This document shows, one piece after another, positions 56,635-64,000 of a stretch of 64,000 bases of DNA. The stretch lies in assembly GCA_029258755.1 (NCBI GenBank), contig JAPDKC010000009.1, positions 46,967-110,966 on the forward strand, given 5' to 3'. A program made the position numbers and the translations under genes. The notes under the pieces were generated by a model. That model worked only from the letters and a program-made list of their open reading frames with translations. It was not told the origin of the DNA and made no database searches. Source of the stretch: an archaeon (GTDB lineage: Archaea; Iainarchaeota; Iainarchaeia; Iainarchaeales; DTGL01). The stretch's first letter is position 1. Each line of letters begins with the position of its first letter.

Positions 56635-58020
56635 TTAATATTTTCCGCCCCTAGAACAAACCCCTAACACAATTCTCTTCACAGCTCTCTTAAAAACAGA
56701 GGCAAAAAATCGCAAATCCTTAAAGCGCGGAATTATTTCTATTTGTAAGCCAACACTTCTCTGTTTAAAGTAGAGGAAGGCTCCAGCAAGCAAATTGGTT
56801 ATTACGCGCACTATAAGCAAGCCATAAATGGAATAATTTGCTATCAAAAAATAACCAAACGAAAGTGTAACAAAAAACGTTAGAAATAAACTTTTTGCAA
56901 TCATGTCAGCTCTATTAATGCTTCTGTATGCGTTATTTAAGAACTGAATACTAGAGCTAAGGAAAAGGACTATGAATAAAGGAAGTAAGGGATAGGCGTT
57001 AATAAAATTTGGGAAAAGAACGATCAACAATATTTTTCCAATAACCAAAATTACCAAGCCCAAAAGCAAACCCAATATAAGCGAGAATTTAATGCTCAGT
57101 GAAACAAGCCTACTTAAAGCTTTTTTATTGCTTGCTTTCTCGCTTGCAAAAGGAAGCATAGTTTCGCTTAGAGCGGCGATAGGCATCTCCACAGCATATG
57201 AAACAATACGCTCAGCAATATAATACAGACCTATTAGCACATTAGAAACAAAAAGAGCCATATAGAAGAGAAGCACCTGCATATTAAGCTTCTTCAGCAA
57301 GCTAACCACAAATATGTTTTTCACATATTTCTTCACTTCTTTGCCAGCAACTTTTTTATCCTCAAACGCGCAGCTATGGAAAAAATAATAAAGGTAGAGC
57401 AAAGAAGCTAGCGCTAGTGAAAACACTTTGGCAATTATTAAAGCTTCCACTCCTTGATGCAATATAAGAACAAAAAATGACGCTAAGCTCAAATTTGCAA
57501 AACTTTCAACAAGTGAAACTTTGAGCACTTTACCGAAGCTTTTTAATCCTTTAAAAAGGGCTTCGAAGAGTAAAAACAGGGGAAATACAAGGAACAAAAA
57601 AGCAGCATACCTAAAAATAGCCAGATTTCCTTTTTTAAGCAATAAAAAAATCCATTGGGGAAAGAAAAAGAACAGCGCAAAAAGGATGAAAAAAAGTCCT
57701 AACAGAATCTTTATAAATTTAACAAAAAGCTTCTTTGCTCTATACTTAGGAACAAAAACGATTAAGGTATTTCCTAAAGGCTCCGTACCAAAAAGGTAAA
57801 CAAGATTGCCTACAAACGCCAGCACAAACATAGCTAAGCCATATTTTGCAGGTCCTAGAGCATTAGCAACTATATATGTGTAAAGAAAACCAAATATAAG
57901 CAGAGCTAGCCTTTTACTATAAGAGTACACACTACTTTTAAAAAATAACCAGGAAGTCTCCGCTAGCATGAGATCACTCAATAAAAAGACACTTCCAGTA
58001 TTAAAAACATGTTGGTGCAA
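56635..58020 (-). CDS. Polysaccharide biosynthesis flippase (Wzx/MOP family)
   Basis: 461 aa with 12-14 TM helices and the typical flippase size, in a glycosyltransferase cluster. Confidence 0.5.
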   Translation of the reverse strand: MHQHVFNTGSVFLLSDLMLAETSWLFFKSSVYSYSKRLALLIFGFLYTYIVANALGPAKYGLAMFVLAFVGNLVYLFGTEPLGNTLIVFVPKYRAKKLFVKFIKILLGLFFILFALFFFFPQWIFLLLKKGNLAIFRYAAFLFLVFPLFLLFEALFKGLKSFGKVLKVSLVESFANLSLASFFVLILHQGVEALIIAKVFSLALASLLYLYYFFHSCAFEDKKVAGKEVKKYVKNIFVVSLLKKLNMQVLLFYMALFVSNVLIGLYYIAERIVSYAVEMPIAALSETMLPFASEKASNKKALSRLVSLSIKFSLILGLLLGLVILVIGKILLIVLFPNFINAYPLLPLFIVLFLSSSIQFLNNAYRSINRADMIAKSLFLTFFVTLSFGYFLIANYSIYGLLIVRVITNLLAGAFLYFKQRSVGLQIEIIPRFKDLRFFASVFKRAVKRIVLGVCSRGGKY

Positions 58021-58035
58021 AGTTCTTCTAGTTTT

Positions 58036-58629
58036 TTATTTACGAGCAATCACAAATAGTTCTGGGGCAAAATCCAAGTTAGTGAAGTAGGAAATAAATT
58101 TTTTGAATATATTAAACTTACTTGGCGAAATTCTTAGGACATCAATCTTCTTAAAGCCAGAGAGCTTTAGTAACGCATATAATGTTCTTGGTGTATACGC
58201 TTGCTTATGCGTAACATCATCAAAAAAGAATCCTATCGGGAAAAAGGGGTTATTTGTTGTAAGAATAAAGTTGTTTGTTATGGTGGCGATTTTTTTAAAA
58301 TAGCTCAGCGCTTCATCCAAAGATAAATGCTCAATCACTGCAAACATAACAACCCAATCAAATTTTTCATTTATTTTGTGTATATCATAATAATCATGCT
58401 TATATGTTTTGTCTACGTCCATAGATTTATAAACGCATTTTTTAGCCTTTAACTCTTTTCCAAACCAGCGATTTCCAGCACCAATATCCAAAACTTTAGC
58501 CTTTTCTGGAATTATTTCTAAAGCCAATTCAAGCGATTTTTTGTTTGTAAGGGGGACTTTTCGGAAATCAAGCCAATCCAAGACTTCTTGCCTATACTTA
58601 TTATACTCCGCCCATTTCATTAACACCAC
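58036..58629 (-). CDS. Class I SAM-dependent methyltransferase
   Basis: VLDIGAGNRWFG motif I and MFAVIEHL motif. Confidence 0.6.
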   Translation of the reverse strand: MVLMKWAEYNKYRQEVLDWLDFRKVPLTNKKSLELALEIIPEKAKVLDIGAGNRWFGKELKAKKCVYKSMDVDKTYKHDYYDIHKINEKFDWVVMFAVIEHLSLDEALSYFKKIATITNNFILTTNNPFFPIGFFFDDVTHKQAYTPRTLYALLKLSGFKKIDVLRISPSKFNIFKKFISYFTNLDFAPELFVIARK

Positions 58630-59746
58630 CCAAACCCTTTATTAATTTAAGCGCTCTTTTTAGAAGCAAGTTCCTTTCATATCTTCTCTTTATAAACTCT
58701 TGTCTCATTTTACGACTTTTCCTTAGCTTTTTAATGTTTTGTATGCTGTGCGCTAAAATACGTTGAAATTTATACCAACTATAAGCATAAGCCCCTATAA
58801 AAGAATTCTTTCTATAAAACTCCCTTAACGCTCCTTTTCTAGGCCCTTTTATAAGTACCCAAAGTCCACAAGCCAAATAATCAAAAATCTTTACGGGCAA
58901 ACTTGTATAATATTTTTCAGGCCAAGGAACAATGCCTATATCGCCTGCGGAAAGATAGCGATACATCCTATTATAAGGAACATTTTTAACAACCCGTATT
59001 CTTTCGCGCTTCTTTGCTTTTTTTAACATTTCTTCTAACTGCCATTCGTTTGCTTTCTCAATAGAAATCACTAGCAAAAGGAAAACATCTTTTTTATTGA
59101 GCTTATCAAAAGCTTTAATCAGTTTGTCTATTTCTTCATCTCCAACGCTACCAGCATATATAAGCACGGTTGCATTTGCTGGAATGCCCAATTCTTTTCT
59201 CGTTTCTTTTCTCGCTTTTTCAGAGTAATAAATGATATTTGAGTCAGAACCATTTGGAACTAAAATACATTTTTTCGGATTCAGATTATAACGTTTTATT
59301 TCTAACTTTCTATCCCACTCAGTCAAGAAAAAAAGTAAATCGGCATGCTTATATGTGAATGCCCTCAGCAAAAAATAAATTCTTCTTTTTATTCCTTTTA
59401 TTGAGAATAGGCTTGGCAAAGGTTCGAATACAAAAGGGTCATCCTTTGCGTCCAAAACAAATCTTTTACCTGAAAGCTTACATGCAACGAGAACAAAGAA
59501 ATTATGGGTCAATGGTGGTGATGTGCCTAAAACAACATCGAAATTACCAGCGAAAATGCGCTTTATTAGCTCAAATATACTACCGTACCGGTAAATCCCT
59601 TTTACTTTTTTAACTCCTGCCCGCTTAGGAGCAAAAATTTTTACCTTACAGCCCTTTTCTTCAAAATAATCTCTAAATGCATTTACTCTTATTACTGCTG
59701 CTCCCCTTTCGGGATCGGCATAAGGCGTTACTATTGCGATCTTCAT
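58601..59746 (-). CDS. Glycosyltransferase (GT4-like)
   Basis: The C-terminal half has a GT-B fold with an EX7E-like region. Confidence 0.5.
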   Translation of the reverse strand: MKIAIVTPYADPERGAAVIRVNAFRDYFEEKGCKVKIFAPKRAGVKKVKGIYRYGSIFELIKRIFAGNFDVVLGTSPPLTHNFFVLVACKLSGKRFVLDAKDDPFVFEPLPSLFSIKGIKRRIYFLLRAFTYKHADLLFFLTEWDRKLEIKRYNLNPKKCILVPNGSDSNIIYYSEKARKETRKELGIPANATVLIYAGSVGDEEIDKLIKAFDKLNKKDVFLLLVISIEKANEWQLEEMLKKAKKRERIRVVKNVPYNRMYRYLSAGDIGIVPWPEKYYTSLPVKIFDYLACGLWVLIKGPRKGALREFYRKNSFIGAYAYSWYKFQRILAHSIQNIKKLRKSRKMRQEFIKRRYERNLLLKRALKLIKGLGGVNEMGGV

Positions 59747-60696
59747 TTTTGATCCTGTCTGTTTTTCTTATACCACTCAATAAACTGCTTTATTCCTTCC
59801 TCGATACTTACTTTTGGTTCCCAACCAAGCAGGCGTTTAGCTTTGCTTATATCTGCATACGTAATTGGCACATCCCCTTTTGGAACAGGCTTTTCAATAA
59901 TCTTTGCTTTCTTGCCAAGATTCTGCTCAATGAGCTCTATAAGCTTATTTAACTGAACTGGCCTGCTGTTGCCAAGATTTATTATCTCAAAATCTAAAGG
60001 CCTTTCTAGCGCAAGCATTATCCCTTCTACTATATCATCAACATAGGTGAAATCTCTTTGCATATTGCCTTTTCCATAGCGTTCGATCGCTAAACCTTTT
60101 GCAATTTTGTCTGTAAATTTGTAAACAGCCATATCTGGTCTGCCACGAGGCCCATAAACAGTAAAAAGCCTCAAGCAAGTAGTTGGTATAGCATAATTGC
60201 AAGCATAAACTTGGCATAATAGTTCTGCAGAGCGCTTTGAAGCAGCGTAAGGGGAAATAATATTAGCTATTGCTTGCTCCTCGCTAAAAGGCGGTTTATT
60301 TAAGCCATATACGCTAGAAGAAGAAGTAAAAACAAACTGTTCAACATTATGTGCTTTAGCTAGCGCGAGCAGATTAAGCGTGCCTAAAACATTTACGTCA
60401 AAATAAAGTTCTGCTTGTTCAAATGAGGCTCGAACGCCTGCACGTGCAGCTAAATGAACAATTTTCTCTACATTGTATTCTTCAAAAATTTTTTTCATCT
60501 CCTTTTTATCTCTTATATCAGCCTCTATAAGAGTAAACCGCTCATCTTTAAGTGCCTGTGAAATATTTTCTCTCTTTATTGCAGGATCATAATAATCGTT
60601 AAAATCATCCACGCCAATAACTTCATGACCGTTAGCTAATAAGCGTTCGGTTAGGTGCGAACCTATAAAGCCTGCACAGCCGGTAACAAGAATCAT
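59743..60696 (-). CDS. NAD-dependent epimerase/dehydratase (UDP-sugar 4-epimerase/decarboxylase family)
   Basis: ILVTGCAGFIGSHL Rossmann motif and YAASK catalytic motif. Confidence 0.85.
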   Translation of the reverse strand: MILVTGCAGFIGSHLTERLLANGHEVIGVDDFNDYYDPAIKRENISQALKDERFTLIEADIRDKKEMKKIFEEYNVEKIVHLAARAGVRASFEQAELYFDVNVLGTLNLLALAKAHNVEQFVFTSSSSVYGLNKPPFSEEQAIANIISPYAASKRSAELLCQVYACNYAIPTTCLRLFTVYGPRGRPDMAVYKFTDKIAKGLAIERYGKGNMQRDFTYVDDIVEGIMLALERPLDFEIINLGNSRPVQLNKLIELIEQNLGKKAKIIEKPVPKGDVPITYADISKAKRLLGWEPKVSIEEGIKQFIEWYKKNRQDQK

Positions 60697-60706
60697 GCTA
60701 AAAACC

Positions 60707-61831
60707 TCATTTAATTAATTCATTATATATCTTTAAAACCTTCTCTGCGCTTCTTTTCCAGCAGAGCTGTTTAGCTTTTAGCTTTGCATTTTTACTAAAT
60801 CTTGCTCTTAGCTTTCTATCCTTTAGTTTTCCCAGAGCTTCTTTTAGCTCTTTAACACTTCTTTTCCTCACCAAAAACCCATTGAAACCATTTTCAATTA
60901 TTTCCTCTGCTCCAGTTCCTTTGCACGCAATACAGGGCAAGCCAAAGCAGCAGGCTTCCGCATATACTAAACCAAAACCCTCATAAAGGGAAGGCACACA
61001 TAATATATCTGCCATACTATAGTATTTTGTCAGTTTATGTCTATTAAGATAACCTGTAAACATAACTCTATTGGGAAGTTTTGCAAGCGTTTCAGTTTGT
61101 GTATTTAAACCCACTACAATTAATTTTGCTTCAGGTAACTTGCATAACGCCTCAGTTAAATAGCTCAAACCTTTTAGCCAAGCAGAGTTGCCAACCCAAA
61201 GCACAATAAAATCGCTCGCGTTAAAGCCGAGCTGTTTCCTTACTGCAATTTTATTAAACTTTTTGAATTCCTTGCAATCAACAGCATTTGGTACTACTAC
61301 AGCATCAATGCCATAAAACTTTTTGGCTTCTTTTTTAACGGTCTTTGAAACGCATGTAAAGGTATCAGCCAGCTTTATAGCAAACCAATTCTTAAAGATT
61401 GAAGCTTTAAGATAAAGGAATGTAGTGAGGCTAAAGCTTGTTCTTTTTAACTTTAGCTCTTTCTTCCATTCTTCATAGATCGCTTTATCTAGGCCGTGTA
61501 AGTGCACTACTATCTTGTATTTTTTGCGCAATAATAGACGAGCTATCACAGCATCAAAAGCTGCTTCTGGTGTATGCGAATGCACAATATCATAATCCTT
61601 ATCTTTGATAAAATTGGCGAAAAACAAAGCTGTTAATGGTGTGTGATGTAAAAAATGCAACGTGCCTTTTAAAGGCTGGAGATAATTAAACATCGCTTGC
61701 GGCGCATCATAGCCAAAAGCATAATCTACTTGCACACCTTTTTCTTCAAGAGCTTTGCCTAAGGAGAGCACAACTCTGCTTACGCCAGCACTTTTAGAAT
61801 AAGCACCATTGTAATGCATAAGAACGCGCAT
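60707..61831 (-). CDS. Glycosyltransferase family 4 (GT-B)
   Basis: C-terminal PSLYEGFGLVYAEACCFGLPCIA is the GT4 EX7E motif region. Confidence 0.8.
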   Translation of the reverse strand: MRVLMHYNGAYSKSAGVSRVVLSLGKALEEKGVQVDYAFGYDAPQAMFNYLQPLKGTLHFLHHTPLTALFFANFIKDKDYDIVHSHTPEAAFDAVIARLLLRKKYKIVVHLHGLDKAIYEEWKKELKLKRTSFSLTTFLYLKASIFKNWFAIKLADTFTCVSKTVKKEAKKFYGIDAVVVPNAVDCKEFKKFNKIAVRKQLGFNASDFIVLWVGNSAWLKGLSYLTEALCKLPEAKLIVVGLNTQTETLAKLPNRVMFTGYLNRHKLTKYYSMADILCVPSLYEGFGLVYAEACCFGLPCIACKGTGAEEIIENGFNGFLVRKRSVKELKEALGKLKDRKLRARFSKNAKLKAKQLCWKRSAEKVLKIYNELIK

Positions 61832-61877
61832 AATAATCTATTCTAACCGCGATTTAAAAAACGGTTTGGTACAAGAC

Positions 61878-63092
61878 TCAGGTTTTATGTAGGAGCCATT
61901 TCCATAGAGGAATAACTTTTATTATTCTTCCATCATCTCTAATTGTTTCTTCTGTATCCCAAGTAACAATGGTTGGTGTTCTAATTTTAAATCTTTTCAT
62001 CGCCTCTCGCAAGGTTTTTTTCTTTTCTTCCGTATCTTCATACGTAACTTCAAGCAGATGTTTTTCACCATTTTTAGATGCTAAAAAATCTATCTCATTC
62101 CCTTTCTTATCCATATAATAATTTACCTTAAATCCTCTGCGCAGAAGCTCGATGAATACTATATTTTCCATTTTTCTACCTATATCAAGGGTTTTTTCAA
62201 ATAGATGAGCAAAACATGTATCAATTAAATATATCTTTTTTGGGGAAACCATTCTCTCTTTCACCGAATAAGAAAACTTCTCTACAACAAAAGCTAAGAA
62301 CGAGCTTTCGATAGCACGAATATATTTTATAATAGTTTTGGTATCGATGTTCACCCCTAAAGAGCTAAATGTTCTTTTTAGAGAATTATAGGTCATTCTG
62401 TTTGAATAGTTTGCCAAAACAAAATAGAAAACCTCCTGCAAGTCCTCTAGGCCTTTGACTCTGAATTTCTCGGCGATATCCCTGTAAAACACAGTTTCCA
62501 AAATAGATACAATTTTTTCCCTAGATTTATAAAGCCACACCTCTGGAAAACCTCCCCAACGCAAATACTTCTCTAAAAGATTGAACATCTTGCCCCTCTC
62601 TCTGAAAGTTTTCAACTCAAAATTAATAATTTCTCCAAAGGATATGGGAAGAACGAGCTTGGAAAGATATCTCCCCCTTAACCTATAAGGAATCTCTGAG
62701 GAATATAACGCAGAAGAAGAACCTGAAACAAAAATATAAAAATCTTTAACATCGTGCAACCATCTGAGGTTGGCATCCCAATCTTTCCATTCTTGCACTT
62801 CATCAAGGAAAAGATTTATTCTTCCTTCAGGGTATGCTTTTTTCGCTAGTTCAGCAAGTTTTCTTGCTTTAACCTCTCTAAACCCGGGTTCATCAAAAGA
62901 TATATAAAGAGCTTGCTTCCGATTTTCCAGAAGGGTTTTAACTTTTTTGAGCATTAAAAAAGTTTTTCCCACGCGCCTTGGCCCTAAAAGAGCCACAATA
63001 TCCGGTGCTTGTCTTAAGGAGATTTCTCTTTTTATTTCTTTTACATATTTTAAAGCACCTATATATTCTTCTGTAATCTCTTTTAGATCCAT
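61878..63092 (-). CDS. AAA ATPase (PF13173) with DUF4143 domain
   Basis: Walker A LLGPRRVGKTF, Walker B LFLDEVQ, and a DUF4143-like C-terminus. Confidence 0.7.
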   Translation of the reverse strand: MDLKEITEEYIGALKYVKEIKREISLRQAPDIVALLGPRRVGKTFLMLKKVKTLLENRKQALYISFDEPGFREVKARKLAELAKKAYPEGRINLFLDEVQEWKDWDANLRWLHDVKDFYIFVSGSSSALYSSEIPYRLRGRYLSKLVLPISFGEIINFELKTFRERGKMFNLLEKYLRWGGFPEVWLYKSREKIVSILETVFYRDIAEKFRVKGLEDLQEVFYFVLANYSNRMTYNSLKRTFSSLGVNIDTKTIIKYIRAIESSFLAFVVEKFSYSVKERMVSPKKIYLIDTCFAHLFEKTLDIGRKMENIVFIELLRRGFKVNYYMDKKGNEIDFLASKNGEKHLLEVTYEDTEEKKKTLREAMKRFKIRTPTIVTWDTEETIRDDGRIIKVIPLWKWLLHKT

Positions 63093-63118
63093 TTATGGAT
63101 TTGTAATCCACAAGTTAG

Positions 63119-64000
63119 TTAAACAAGCAAATGCTTGTTTCCTATCTCAACGTTTTCTAAGCCGGCTTTTTTGCATACCTGCAGGCACTTTAATGCGAAT
63201 TCTTTTGATGTAAAACCCATATCGCTGAACTTATACTCTGGATGAAACGCCAACAGTATGTAAGGAATTGATTCATCTAAGCTTGCTATAAAGCTGGCGA
63301 TATTCTTTATCTCTTCCAAGGTTACATAGTGTGGCACTAGCAAGGTTGATGCATACAGAAAGTAAGGCTCCCTTCTTTCTTTATGAAACTCTGCAAGCAT
63401 CTCGAAGTTTTTATAGCTTACCTTATTTGATATGCCAGTTATCGCAATGTTTAGCCTTTCATCCCAAAACTTTAGATCTATCTTTATGCAACCTCCACTC
63501 TGCATGCTTAACTCAGCAAATCTTTTTAGAAGTGCTGGATTAGCGTTCCCATTGCTTTCCATACAAATCCTTAAAACAGGTTTTTTAAGCTCTATCATAA
63601 GCTCGCTTGCCTTAATTGCATGCATTATTTGCACATCCGGCGTGCCACCAAAGAAGCATACACAATTTACATCGCTTCTCATGGCGGCTTCTGCAAGTGA
63701 GCTAGCAGAAACTAAAGGCCCAAGCTTTTTTGTGAGATTCTTAAAGAACCAGTTCTGGCAGAACAAACAATTGAAGTTGCATGCGCCATAGAAAACAGCC
63801 AGGTTATAACCTCTCTCAGAGCTCGCTGGGCAGAAGTGGCTGGCTACGCAATTGGTGGGCAGTGGATCATAATAGTATTCAAGCAGTCCTTTTTCAGGTG
63901 TTCCTGCAAGCCTAATTAGTTTGTTGTTTGAATTCTTTACCAAACCACAATAGCCAAATGAATTTTTAGGTATTTTACATTCGTTTCCACAAGTATTGCA
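63119..64000 (-). CDS. Radical SAM activase-like protein (PflA / AmmeMemoRadiSam-type); N-terminus runs past the window end
   Basis: CNFNCLFCQN is the CxxxCxxC motif. The ORF-track start at 63943 is a TTG. The reading frame stays open to position 64000, encoding an N-terminal Cys-rich stretch (...CGNECKIPKNSFGYCGLV). Confidence 0.55.
   Translation of the reverse strand, partial: CNTCGNECKIPKNSFGYCGLVKNSNNKLIRLAGTPEKGLLEYYYDPLPTNCVASHFCPASSERGYNLAVFYGACNFNCLFCQNWFFKNLTKKLGPLVSASSLAEAAMRSDVNCVCFFGGTPDVQIMHAIKASELMIELKKPVLRICMESNGNANPALLKRFAELSMQSGGCIKIDLKFWDERLNIAITGISNKVSYKNFEMLAEFHKERREPYFLYASTLLVPHYVTLEEIKNIASFIASLDESIPYILLAFHPEYKFSDMGFTSKEFALKCLQVCKKAGLENVEIGNKHLLV

Overview
This looks like an archaeal chromosome segment, AT-rich at roughly 37-40% GC by eye. 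The evidence for Archaea is TFB, ribosomal protein L35Ae, RNase HII, an Arch_ATPase/DUF234 protein and a tRNA with a 69-nt intron. The backbone is ordinary housekeeping: an APC permease fragment, pspC-domain, rpiB, thrC, an SDR, glyA, cysS, guaA, rnhB, tfb, rpl35ae, cysD/cysN, a purine PRTase, Hsp20, a Kef/TrkA antiporter, Trm14/Trm11-like and Nop2/Sun methyltransferases, and two radical SAM proteins. Accessory content stands out against this. (1) A ~4.3 kb island of clearly higher GC (about 5670-10020) carries a minus-strand operon of envelope proteins resembling a type IV secretion / Ced-like DNA-transfer module. It has a VirB2/CedA1-like 2-TM pilin, a Cys-rich secreted 400-aa protein, a polytopic VirB6/CedA-like protein, and a VirB3+VirB4-N-like protein that lacks any ATPase and ends in a winged HTH. 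(2) A tyrosine integrase lies directly 3' of an intron-containing tRNA-Asp. Its cargo includes DUF3800 and a 468-aa PD-(D/E)xK protein, and a 12-nt copy of the tRNA 3' end sits 17 kb away. (3) A 360-nt GC-rich, ORF-free intergenic block is a likely structured ncRNA with an SRP-RNA-like motif. (4) Toxin-antitoxin content: AbiEi/AbiEii with a duplicated palindromic operator over the start codon, and VapBC with a frameshifted vapC. (5) A RimK-like x2 / retropepsin-like protease / GNAT cluster. (6) A surface-glycan locus (flippase, GT4 x2, epimerase, methyltransferase, PF01663 enzyme) physically joined to cysDN. Three or more genes are interrupted at homopolymer runs, which is either decay or assembly error. 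tRNA-Ser(GCT) and tRNA-Leu(CAA) flank two small protein genes.
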